Positions 19,701 to 28,511 of a DNA stretch of 64,000 nt are shown piece by piece. Location: positions 124,001 to 188,000 of the IMG/VR virus record IMGVR_UViG_3300034158_000023; one strand, given 5' to 3'. Numbering within the stretch: position 1 is the first letter of the stretch; each line of letters begins with the position of its first letter. The position numbers were made by a program, and so were the translations under genes. The notes under the pieces are model-generated. The model ran no database searches. It was not told the origin of the DNA and saw only the letters and a list, made by a program, of their open reading frames with translations.

Positions 19701-21209
19701 ATGCCATGTTGTAAAATGGAAGTACTTACCCACGCATTTATTTTAACGGAGATTGACTCCAGGTTTAAATGGGTTATACACGCTTACGGTAAACGCTTTA
19801 TTGTAATGAAACGTGAGCGTGTAGGTCGTCAGATGATTGTGGTACCTGACAAAATGTATTGTTGGGCTAACGAATCTAGAACCGAGTTTAGGTTCCATCG
19901 TAATCAAAAGGATGAGTTTTTAGAGCACGCGGCTAGATGTGGGTTCAATGACATTCAGGTAACTGAGCGTCCCCTATATAAAGCTGCTAAAGTTAATGTG
20001 AGTTTGGTGGCAGCTTGGACACCTCGCCCTAACCAAGTGCCTATCATTGAGCATGTGTTAGCTCCTGGACACACTAAAGTTATTGCATTGCAGACAGGAC
20101 AAGGTAAAACTAGTACTAGTCTTAAATGTGGGGAATTAATAGGTGAAAGGATATTAGTATTAGCTTTAGGACGTTACCATGATAAATGGAAGTCTGACGT
20201 TATAAAGCAATACCGATTGAAGCCAGGGGAGATTATGACTGTTCGTGGTTCAGATCAGTTATACAACCTAATGCAAACGATAGACACTGACAAATGTATC
20301 CCTAGGGTAATCAACATCACCCTAGGTACGCTACGTGGATATATTGCGGAGTATAGTAGTCCTGGTCCTAAACCTGACTGGTTTGTTTCTCCTTGTAGGT
20401 TATGGGAGAAGTTAAAGATAGGCGTACGTATTACGGATGAAGTACATCAGCATTTCCACGCTAACTACATAATCGATTTGTTTACACACGTACCTAAAGC
20501 TATTTATCTGAGTGCTACGATAGAAACAGATAACCCTTTAACCAACGAGATGTCTAAGGTTAGTTTTCCTTTTAACACTCGTATGGGCGGTGGTGCATAC
20601 ATTAAGATTGCTAACGTTGTCTGTATCAGATACGCGTTAGAGAAGCGTGGTAGTATTCAATGTAGTGGGTTTGGTGGTAGTTATAACCACGGTAACTTTG
20701 AAACTAGTATGATGAAAAAGGAAAAGATCAAGCTGAACTATTTTGCTATGATTCTTACCTTGATCAATGAGTTTCATATACCCTACGCTAAACCTGGACA
20801 AAGGTTGCTAATCTTTGCTTACCGCGTAGATTTCTGCGTAGAGTTAGTAGAGTACCTGAAGATACATTTACCGCACCTAAAGATCTGTAAGTATACCTCA
20901 GATGATGCTACTGAGATTATCGAGCAACACGATGTCACAGTTACTACTTTAGGTTCTGCTGGTACAGCGCTAGATATAGATGGGTTATTGACATGTATGT
21001 TAACTATAGCTGTAGATAGCAGACAAGCAAACTTACAAGCATTGGGTAGACTAAGGGACATAATGTCTCCAGGACAAACTCCAATGTTCCTTTACTTGTG
21101 TTGTGAAGATATACCTAAACACGTGTCCTATCATCAAAGAAAAGAAACTGATATCTTTGCTGGGAAAACATTAAGCTACAGAACCATTAGTTACGCTAAC
21201 AAAATTTAG
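19701..21209 (+). CDS. Superfamily 2 helicase (phiKZ gp75-like)
   Basis: Walker A LQTGQGKT, DEVH, SAT and QALGRLR motifs. Confidence 0.9.
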   Translation: MPCCKMEVLTHAFILTEIDSRFKWVIHAYGKRFIVMKRERVGRQMIVVPDKMYCWANESRTEFRFHRNQKDEFLEHAARCGFNDIQVTERPLYKAAKVNVSLVAAWTPRPNQVPIIEHVLAPGHTKVIALQTGQGKTSTSLKCGELIGERILVLALGRYHDKWKSDVIKQYRLKPGEIMTVRGSDQLYNLMQTIDTDKCIPRVINITLGTLRGYIAEYSSPGPKPDWFVSPCRLWEKLKIGVRITDEVHQHFHANYIIDLFTHVPKAIYLSATIETDNPLTNEMSKVSFPFNTRMGGGAYIKIANVVCIRYALEKRGSIQCSGFGGSYNHGNFETSMMKKEKIKLNYFAMILTLINEFHIPYAKPGQRLLIFAYRVDFCVELVEYLKIHLPHLKICKYTSDDATEIIEQHDVTVTTLGSAGTALDIDGLLTCMLTIAVDSRQANLQALGRLRDIMSPGQTPMFLYLCCEDIPKHVSYHQRKETDIFAGKTLSYRTISYANKI

Positions 21210-21234
21210 GAGGCTTAGGCCTCCTTTTTTGCCC
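21208..21234 (+). terminator. Intrinsic terminator
   Basis: AGGAGGC-TTAG-GCCTCCT followed by TTTTTGCCC. Confidence 0.8.
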
Positions 21235-21255
21235 CTAAAATAAAAGGAATACAAA

Positions 21256-22038
21256 ATGCAATTAGATAAACTAAACTCACTTTTCCCCAATGCTTTAATC
21301 GTGGGGAAATTATATACTTTCAGCTCTTGGTCTAGCACAGATCATTGTTACCACACTACCGCGGTTGCTGTGTGTATAGAAAGTTGCGATCTTAATAAGC
21401 AAATGGAACTCTTTAATGACATATCTGATCTCCAAGATACCCCAGAGGATTACCGCAACACCAATTGGAATACCTGTGAAACTTTTGTGGGGTTCTTAAT
21501 CCGTGAGAAATATTTAGTTCCAATTGAATTAGAGGAGGTCATATTTGCTGGCGTAGAGGTTAAAGGTCCAGTAGGACTAGAATGTATTGCTGCCGACTAC
21601 GCTAAGTACAAAGCTGAGCAAACCAGCAAAAAAGTAAACCTGTTGACAGCGGCCGATATTATAAAACCTAACGAAGACATTCCAGAGGTGGGGACGATGC
21701 GAACCGATGGGAAATTCACTATAACAACCAAAAGAAAGTCTGAGAGTCAATTGATAACAGAAGGACAAGTTTGCACTTTTACTTCTTGGGTATTTGAAAC
21801 TGATAGTTACGACCCCTATAAAACGTGCGTATGTTTAAAGGATTTTGACATAAGCCAACTACGCGCCGAGTGGGAAGCACATCGTTTAAATGTTGCTAAC
21901 GACAGGGAAATGCATTGGGAAACTTGTGTAGCATTTGCTGACTATGTAATTGAAGCTGGTTATCTGAAAGAGATCCCAGTAACTGAAATGGTTGTTTACC
22001 ATCAAACCACCGAAATTATTACTACAATAAAAGGATAA
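21256..22038 (+). CDS. Hypothetical protein with two internally duplicated domains
   Basis: GKLYTFSSW...NWNTCETFVGFLIREKYL aligns by eye with GQVCTFTSW...HWETCVAFADYVIEAGYL. Confidence 0.65.
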   Translation: MQLDKLNSLFPNALIVGKLYTFSSWSSTDHCYHTTAVAVCIESCDLNKQMELFNDISDLQDTPEDYRNTNWNTCETFVGFLIREKYLVPIELEEVIFAGVEVKGPVGLECIAADYAKYKAEQTSKKVNLLTAADIIKPNEDIPEVGTMRTDGKFTITTKRKSESQLITEGQVCTFTSWVFETDSYDPYKTCVCLKDFDISQLRAEWEAHRLNVANDREMHWETCVAFADYVIEAGYLKEIPVTEMVVYHQTTEIITTIKG

Positions 22039-22045
22039 CGCCGTA

Positions 22046-22651
22046 ATGAAAATCTATCTTATACCAATAGGCTCTCTAGAAGATTTAAAACCTCCAGTAA
22101 CAAATGCTGAAATTCTTAAAATGTCTAAAACCGACATAATGGCGTTAGAGTTGCGTGCCGCAGCTAATCCCTTAGCATTCATCAATAAATACTTGTTTGC
22201 TACATACATGCCATCTAACTGGAATTATGACTACTTTAAAGAGGTGTGTGCATCTGTCGACTACATTTTGGCTAACCAGCAGGCCTACAATTTTAACTCA
22301 GTGGATATAGAAAAACTTAACGACATTAGTATTTACTTTAATACCCTTAAAGACTACTGGACTAACTACGTTTCTTACATCGAGCAAGAATCCGGCGTAT
22401 CGGTTGAAATAGCATATTCACTAGCCTTTAAAATGCATGTAGCTGTACTAGATGATGGCGGAGATACTGAAGTTATCAAAATCTTAGCAGATGATAGGGT
22501 GCAACAAAGTACTTCACATATGTTAGCGGCAGCAGTCCCACTTATTTTATCCTTCCATTCATTGCACGCCGATTGTTTGGAAAGGCTGCAAAAAGCTTGG
22601 CCAAAATACGGTTATGCTTTAGCAGATGTAATAAACCTTAAACGACACTAA
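22046..22651 (+). CDS. Hypothetical protein
   Basis: 201-aa ORF with an ACAATAAAAGG leader. Confidence 0.6.
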   Translation: MKIYLIPIGSLEDLKPPVTNAEILKMSKTDIMALELRAAANPLAFINKYLFATYMPSNWNYDYFKEVCASVDYILANQQAYNFNSVDIEKLNDISIYFNTLKDYWTNYVSYIEQESGVSVEIAYSLAFKMHVAVLDDGGDTEVIKILADDRVQQSTSHMLAAAVPLILSFHSLHADCLERLQKAWPKYGYALADVINLKRH

Positions 22652-22657
22652 CACAAA

Positions 22658-22694
22658 CGGCAAAAGAAGAGAGTTTTACCTCTCTTCTTTTTTT
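22658..22694. terminator. Bidirectional terminator
   Basis: AAAAGAAGAGAG...CTCTCTTCTTTT between convergent genes. Minus strand continues TTTTGCCG. Confidence 0.8.
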
Positions 22695-22705
22695 GTGGTT
22701 TTTAC

Positions 22706-23359
22706 TTACTTGTTGCACTTAAGGTTAAGTTTGTAAATGTTCCCAATGTCGCTGGCTGGACGTACGAAAGCAACGCGCATCTGTGGGTTATAAACAATAC
22801 AATCGTCTAAGGTACACTTAAACTGTGTAGCTACAGCTTTACCGCTATCTAAACGCACCATAGCGTAACCATCTTCATTGATGCCCACTACACGCTTAAT
22901 GGTAAGGTCAGTAGTAAGTACGTGTTGTACTTTCTCTGTCTCCCAGAACTCTTCAGGGGCAGCGTTCCACGAATGGTCGTTTACATAAGATTGCTGAATT
23001 GCTTTAACTGTAGAGATTGGATCTGGATCATCAGGATCTAACTTAACCTCTATAGAAGCGCTATGTTGGTCAACTAATGCATAACCTTCTTCAAAGGCTT
23101 TAGCTGGGCTTAGAGATACGTAGCCGTCTTCGTAAACTACATAGTAACACCCAGGTACAAACACAGGTTTACTGATGCAATCTGCTGGTAATGGTAAACG
23201 CAGACGTTGTCTATAACCATCAACACTTACTACGGTTACTAGCGGTAAGTTATCACTATCGCCATCTGCACCTAAATCATGAATTTCTAACACCTTAACT
23301 GCTTTTACAACTTTGTGGCAAGTGTAGAGGGCCAGTAGTTCATCTAATGTCTTACCCAT
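22706..23359 (-). CDS. Small-phage-domain protein (Y.CHK.V.A.K...YYVVYEDGY.S.SP..AFEEGY family) with a probable second degenerate copy
   Basis: The motif is read directly from the translation. The family link is from memory of widespread phage proteins. Confidence 0.55.
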   Translation of the reverse strand: MGKTLDELLALYTCHKVVKAVKVLEIHDLGADGDSDNLPLVTVVSVDGYRQRLRLPLPADCISKPVFVPGCYYVVYEDGYVSLSPAKAFEEGYALVDQHSASIEVKLDPDDPDPISTVKAIQQSYVNDHSWNAAPEEFWETEKVQHVLTTDLTIKRVVGINEDGYAMVRLDSGKAVATQFKCTLDDCIVYNPQMRVAFVRPASDIGNIYKLNLKCNK

Positions 23360-23368
23360 TTCAATTCC

Positions 23369-23809
23369 TTATAAACAAATGTGTATTTTATTTTTAATGG
23401 ACTCTAGGTATTTATAGAGTAGTGGTTTTACTTCAGTTGGGTAATCTAAACCACCGTTACCACAACCTAAAGGAGGGATAGCTATATCGCAGTCTCCTAA
23501 CTTATCAAGATTGTCAACTAACTTAGTACAGATAGTTTCAACCCATTCTAACTTAGAACCATTAGACCAATGGTCTTTTGTTGCAACCAATAAAATAAGC
23601 TCCTTAGAGGTAATGTAATAAGGTAGTATACTTCCAGGTTTCATTATACCTAGGCGACACTTCTCTTTATAGTTGCGTAAGATACTTGGGTATCTTTTTT
23701 TCGCTTCTAATGCTATCCCTTTACCCATGACGCCTACACAGTTAACTGTTACCAGTTTAATAGGCGCTGGATGTTCGAATATATTACTTACCCCTTCGGA
23801 AACTATCAT
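23369..23809 (-). CDS. Macrodomain ADP-ribosylhydrolase, DarG-like
   Basis: VNCVGVMGKGIAL, ATKDHW (DarG PTKxHW with catalytic Lys) and IAIPPLGCGNGGLD. Confidence 0.88.
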   Translation of the reverse strand: MIVSEGVSNIFEHPAPIKLVTVNCVGVMGKGIALEAKKRYPSILRNYKEKCRLGIMKPGSILPYYITSKELILLVATKDHWSNGSKLEWVETICTKLVDNLDKLGDCDIAIPPLGCGNGGLDYPTEVKPLLYKYLESIKNKIHICL

Positions 23810-24135
23810 CGGTTAAGTTCCTTCTCCAAATCATTCAATGCAGAATTTGGATTTGGTTTAGTTAAATCAATGGCGCACAATCGCAGCATTTCATCTGCTG
23901 AGGCTCTACTTTGCTTTAAGAACGTAGGGAAATCTACACCGAATGCATCTTTCACTTTTAGATTCTTAAATCTAAGCATATACTGAAACTCTAAGGAGTC
24001 AGACATTACGTCTTCCTTAGGATGGAAACCAACCCTACTTAAAGGATCGACTCGTTCAGCTAAGTCATGGTCGCATATGCCGTAGAGTTTATCATAGGTT
24101 TCATTTATGATAACTCTACTAGCTAAAGCTGACAC
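23806..24135 (-). CDS. Conserved ORF, probably the -1 frameshift extension of the upstream 526-aa gene (chaperone gpT-like)
   Basis: The only start is a GTG without SD. The frame stays open upstream past the T7 run at 24261-24267. C-terminal KDAFGVDFPTFLKQSR resembles the helical tails of tail-chaperone extensions. Confidence 0.55.
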   Translation of the reverse strand: MSALASRVIINETYDKLYGICDHDLAERVDPLSRVGFHPKEDVMSDSLEFQYMLRFKNLKVKDAFGVDFPTFLKQSRASADEMLRLCAIDLTKPNPNSALNDLEKELNR

Positions 24136-24210
24136 TGGAACTTTAATGGCAGCGAATAATGTCTTCGCTACCTGACCCTCAGCAACATGACGTCCAAACT
24201 GTTGACTTCG

Positions 24211-24267
24211 TACCGTATCTGCTACGGTAGTTTGGTCAGCAGATAAGACTGCTGCATTAGAAAAAAA
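24211..24267 (-). promoter_or_regulatory. Candidate programmed -1 frameshift signal
   Basis: Slippery U UUU UUU in correct phase, 6-nt spacer, CAGCAG-UCUUAU-CUGCUG hairpin, then UACCGUA-GCAGA-UACGGUA hairpin. Confidence 0.6.
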
Positions 24268-25802
24268 GTGCTGACTCCATCGATAGGATGAACTACACGA
24301 GTTTCTCCATTCTCTGTTACTAACCAGTCATGGCAGTTAGGGCATTCGTAGTTAGGGATACCCACAAACGAAACTAAAGACTCGTTCATGAATTTCTCAA
24401 TGCCTTCTACGATAGCATTAACGAAGTCATCGTTTTCTGACCAGATACCTAACTGCTCTTCGATTGCTTCATCGTCAGATACCTCTAACAGATGATCACC
24501 TACGGTCATTTCAATACGATCAATCCAGTGACCATAGTTACGCAGGATAGTAGCAATACGCATGTCTGTATAGTGCTTAATGCGCTCTGCTTCAGACAAC
24601 ACTGTACCAAACGCCGTTTCTGTACGATGTTCTAACTCAGTCGCCCATCGCGCACCAGAATGGATGTGCTTAGCCACACTAGGTACACTAAAGAACACTT
24701 TAACCGTATCAGTCAAAACGATATGGTTGTTAGCGTAGTAGAACTCATCTTGATACGATTTAAGATCAGCATCACTAACCTTACCTGGTCTAGTAATGAT
24801 CTTAAGTTGGTTAGAGTTCAACATGTTGTGATCTACAACAACCATCTTAGCTACCAGCACTTGACGTCTTGCCACGTGTGTACATTTGTTAGGATCACTA
24901 GTACAAGGTTGTGCAAATGGGAAACCTGCACTGTGGATACAGTGAGCCATATACGCAGCAAGGATTTGCATGTCTGGTAAACGAACTGCTTCCAAGAACT
25001 TCTCGTAGTCGTTACCTGATTCAATACCTACTGAAACACAGTGATCGTAAATGAAACGAATCAAGTTACGGTTAATGGCAAAAGAGTCATTAGAGAAAAT
25101 AGCACCGCGTGTGTTGCGCCCTAACAAGTTACGATCAGATGCAATCAAACGATCCAACTCTACCTGTTCAGATAGCGGAGGCGTACGCAGCGTTACAGAG
25201 AAACCAGAACCCCACAGAGGGAACGAGTTAGCTCCGCCCATGCTAGTCATAGCACTCATTTGCAGAACAGCTTCACGACCTTTTAAAGTACCACTACCGC
25301 TAGGAGCACCAGGCACTAGTTTACGTGGTCCAAAGATAGTACCAGCATAACCAACAGAGTTAACCCAATTAGCTGTAGGTCTAAATGCCGCAGCGTTTAA
25401 ACCATCACTAACAACGTTAGAATAGCTAGCAGCGTTAGATAAATGACGTGACCACTCGGTAGTCTCAGCAGTGGCGTCTAATTTATCCCAATCTGTAGAG
25501 ATATGCTCTAGGACGTTTAATGAGGTACCTAGAATACTTACTGGTGGTACGTCTTCATATGAGTCAAACGTTTTACCATTAGCATCTGTACGAGCAACAA
25601 TAAAGTTAGCAGCAACCGCTACTTTTGCACCAGGAGGTTGAGTAGGCACATATGGAGCTTTAGGAGCGATCTCTTCTTTAGGTGCTTCAGGTTCCTCAGG
25701 GATAACAACAGCTGTCTCCTCTTCAGTAACTGGCACACTAACAACTTCTTGTTCATCTACTGGGATACCAGTAGTTCCAGTGGTAGTTGGATTATTTTCC
25801 AT
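24222..25802 (-). CDS. Conserved morphogenesis protein, possible tail/baseplate-hub assembly chaperone (T4 gp26/gp51- or gpG-like)
   Basis: 526 aa with an acidic Pro-rich N-terminus. Cys pairs CTSDPNKC and CPNC, as in hub-assembly chaperones. Confidence 0.5.
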   Translation of the reverse strand: MENNPTTTGTTGIPVDEQEVVSVPVTEEETAVVIPEEPEAPKEEIAPKAPYVPTQPPGAKVAVAANFIVARTDANGKTFDSYEDVPPVSILGTSLNVLEHISTDWDKLDATAETTEWSRHLSNAASYSNVVSDGLNAAAFRPTANWVNSVGYAGTIFGPRKLVPGAPSGSGTLKGREAVLQMSAMTSMGGANSFPLWGSGFSVTLRTPPLSEQVELDRLIASDRNLLGRNTRGAIFSNDSFAINRNLIRFIYDHCVSVGIESGNDYEKFLEAVRLPDMQILAAYMAHCIHSAGFPFAQPCTSDPNKCTHVARRQVLVAKMVVVDHNMLNSNQLKIITRPGKVSDADLKSYQDEFYYANNHIVLTDTVKVFFSVPSVAKHIHSGARWATELEHRTETAFGTVLSEAERIKHYTDMRIATILRNYGHWIDRIEMTVGDHLLEVSDDEAIEEQLGIWSENDDFVNAIVEGIEKFMNESLVSFVGIPNYECPNCHDWLVTENGETRVVHPIDGVSTFFLMQQSYLLTKLP

Positions 25803-26274
25803 CTTCTTTAACCTCTAACGCCATAGCGTAATCAGTGATTTGCGCTGCTAATGGTAATGCAGTGTTTTGATAATTCTCGATCCAGCTCACATACTGCTGG
25901 GATAGTTCTAAGCAGTTGAGTTGATATGTCTCTGCTGAGTTAGTTTTTTCTATCTCAGGAAGAGCTAAGTGGATCTTTGCTAGTTCAGCTGAAGCAACTT
26001 TAACTACTTGGGCATACTGAGGTGCCAGCTTTAACACTTCAGGGATAGCTGCCATCCCAGGCACAGTAATGATAGGGGCTATCTCTCTGGCTGATACCAA
26101 TAATTGTTCAGCAGTGGAAGCAAATACTTTTAACTCGCGTTTAGCGCGCTTAGTAGTTTTATTGTGTACGAAGTTAGAGCCACTTACTTTAATGGCATCT
26201 CGTAACGCAACAGCAGCGTTTTTATTTTGTTTGTTCATTTTTCCAGATTCCCGTAAATTGGCAATTGTATACAT
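25792..26274 (-). CDS. Conserved hypothetical helical protein (true start may be ATG at 26238)
   Basis: 160-aa ORF overlapping the next gene's start in operon fashion. Confidence 0.55.
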   Translation of the reverse strand: MYTIANLRESGKMNKQNKNAAVALRDAIKVSGSNFVHNKTTKRAKRELKVFASTAEQLLVSAREIAPIITVPGMAAIPEVLKLAPQYAQVVKVASAELAKIHLALPEIEKTNSAETYQLNCLELSQQYVSWIENYQNTALPLAAQITDYAMALEVKEDGK

Positions 26275-26320
26275 ATGGTAAGTAGATTGAATAATTTATA
26301 ACACATTAAAGGAGTACCTC

Positions 26321-27166
26321 ATGTCTCAGAAATTCCTAACTTGGGCAACACTTTCGCTAGGTCCTGTTAAAGCTACACAATTACACGATAGTTTTGAATT
26401 AGCGTCTTTAGTATTAGAAGATGATGTTTGGGAGGTTGCTGAACAACCGTACTTCAGAAGCAATATCGATAGTCCAGGTGAGTTACAGACTTGGATCCAG
26501 AGTCAAGCTTACATGTACATCGTCAGAGCTTGTCAGGCGTTCGGTGTAACGATAGATGAATCTGTCGGTATAGAAGCTATAGGCAACATCAATAGCATCT
26601 TACGTACGCTTATAGAGCTTACTGGTGACTTCCAACTACCTGAAGAGGTTATCTCATTAGAAGATATGGATTGCTCTGATTCTGAGAAGTTGACTAAGAT
26701 GGTTACCATCGTAGAAACATGGGTAGAGGAAGAAGATGTCCTAGGACTAATCTCTGATATGAGTTTGAAGGTAATTCCTCGTATCCTCAACAACTGTAAG
26801 TCGTTAATGCCTCCAGAGACGGATGAGATTGATGAACCAGTAACTCCTAAATACTTAGCTCAAGTTAGTGCTTTGATTAAAAGCCTTGAGCGCTCTTCTA
26901 TGGTGTCTGAATACTTCAGTGAGGGCAATGCCTTAGGTTATAGCTTAGCGCAGTATATGACTGTGTTTGGGGGCTTCCTGGCTACCTTGGAAGAACCTAA
27001 AGAGTTAGCTATCAACTTGATGTTAGTTTTGTATTACACTGAGGACTTATCTGAACCTCAGCAGAAAGACCTGTTACGTATCTTAGATAAAATTGTCCCA
27101 GACATCCACTTAGCTGCTGATGTAGGGGTTATGTTAACGCGGATGTTTAAGGAACTGTCACTATGA
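26321..27166 (+). CDS. Conserved acidic protein (phiKZ gp79-like) co-transcribed with vRNAP subunit
   Basis: 281 aa with GGAG SD and ATGA overlap with the RNAP subunit gene. Confidence 0.55.
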   Translation: MSQKFLTWATLSLGPVKATQLHDSFELASLVLEDDVWEVAEQPYFRSNIDSPGELQTWIQSQAYMYIVRACQAFGVTIDESVGIEAIGNINSILRTLIELTGDFQLPEEVISLEDMDCSDSEKLTKMVTIVETWVEEEDVLGLISDMSLKVIPRILNNCKSLMPPETDEIDEPVTPKYLAQVSALIKSLERSSMVSEYFSEGNALGYSLAQYMTVFGGFLATLEEPKELAINLMLVLYYTEDLSEPQQKDLLRILDKIVPDIHLAADVGVMLTRMFKELSL

Positions 27167-28455
27167 CGCCGTTTACGTATTTACTAGAAGCTATTAACGC
27201 TGGAGCTCATTTAAGATCAGAATGGGTAACTAGAGCGTTCTGTGTTTCTAACATCGGTAATGAGATTACTGATGAGTCTTACGACTACCAGTTGTTGAAC
27301 GTCGATGGAGTTTATGGTTTTGTAAAAGGGGCTGAAGTTATAGTAATCCCTGACACTGATGTCACTAAACCACTACTGCACAAAAACGCACCGATTGAAC
27401 TTAAGAAAGGTTGGTTACCTAACGTAAACCAAGACGTTATTACTTTGGTGGGTAACGTGATAGCAAACGCTATTATGTTCATCTATCCGTTTGAACACAA
27501 GTTCCCTTTCTTACTAGGTAAGTTTAACTTAGGTAAGATTGAAAAGCAGATCATCCAAAACCTTTATGATGATGTTGGAGAAGGGGAGTCAGAAGAGGCT
27601 GATAAGTTCTACGTACGTGAGCTGGTTAAGTTCATCGATGCTACAGTTTCTCTAACTGGCTTTAACGACCTGTTTGTGCCTGGTGCTACCGAGTATACCT
27701 TAGGACCTGCTCCAAAGGCTCTAGCACGCATGAAGGAGCTTCTAGCGGAACATAAAGATCATCTAGACGATCCTGTTGTAATTGCCGACATTCAGAAGGA
27801 GATCGAAGTTCTAGATAGAGAGTACATAGCAAGCGATCCAGATGCTGGATTCTATTTTAAAGATAAATCCTTTAAAGTAGTCCGTATGAAAATGTACTAC
27901 ATGTACGGTATCGAGAAGAACTTTGCTAACGATGGCACTTATACGTTTATCGAGAAGCCTCTCAACGATGGATGGGATCTATCTAAATTACCGGAGATGT
28001 CTAACACAGCACGTGATGGTTCGTTTAAGCGTGGTGCTGAAACTGCATTAGCTGGTGAGAAGGTTAAGATAGCTTTCCGTGCAATGACTGGTGTAGTTGT
28101 AAACGTTGAGGACTGTGGTAGCATGGTAGGGGAACCTATTCACATGTACTCTGACAAATACCTTAACTTTGTAGGTAGCACCTTTATCATAAACGGTAAG
28201 CTAGTGAAGGTAGATGAGTCTAACGTAGAGTCTTTCAAAGATCAAACGATGTTAGTGAGATCTCCTACTACCTGTAACGTGATCGATGGTAACCTCTGCG
28301 TTGTGTGCGTTGGTGATTTCATTAGGTCTCGTGAGAACACTCTAGGAGCTAGGGTAGCTGAGATCCCATCTACGATGATGGGACTCTCCATGGGTGCTAT
28401 GCATGGTAAGGCTTTGAAGACTGTGCAGATAGATATAGCTAGAGCGTTAACATAA
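27163..28455 (+). CDS. Virion RNA polymerase beta' middle subunit (phiKZ gp80-like)
   Basis: RGAETALAGEKVK (bridge helix), Zn ligands DCGS...C...LCVVCVG, and MMGLSMGAMH (trigger loop). Confidence 0.85.
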   Translation: MTPFTYLLEAINAGAHLRSEWVTRAFCVSNIGNEITDESYDYQLLNVDGVYGFVKGAEVIVIPDTDVTKPLLHKNAPIELKKGWLPNVNQDVITLVGNVIANAIMFIYPFEHKFPFLLGKFNLGKIEKQIIQNLYDDVGEGESEEADKFYVRELVKFIDATVSLTGFNDLFVPGATEYTLGPAPKALARMKELLAEHKDHLDDPVVIADIQKEIEVLDREYIASDPDAGFYFKDKSFKVVRMKMYYMYGIEKNFANDGTYTFIEKPLNDGWDLSKLPEMSNTARDGSFKRGAETALAGEKVKIAFRAMTGVVVNVEDCGSMVGEPIHMYSDKYLNFVGSTFIINGKLVKVDESNVESFKDQTMLVRSPTTCNVIDGNLCVVCVGDFIRSRENTLGARVAEIPSTMMGLSMGAMHGKALKTVQIDIARALT

Positions 28456-28458
28456 TCA

Positions 28459-28487
28459 GGGGAGGGGTAAAACCCTCCCTTATGCCC
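28459..28487 (+). terminator. Hairpin terminator followed by TATGCCC
   Basis: GGGGAGGG-GTAAAA-CCCTCCCT then TATGCCC. Confidence 0.7.
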
Positions 28488-28499
28488 AGTTAAATGGAG

Positions 28500-28511
28500 A
28501 TATATATCATC
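28500..28511 (+). promoter_or_regulatory. Putative early promoter ATATATATCATC
   Basis: Variant of the ATATATYATC motif at 10064, 15517, 30577 and 58957. Confidence 0.5.
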
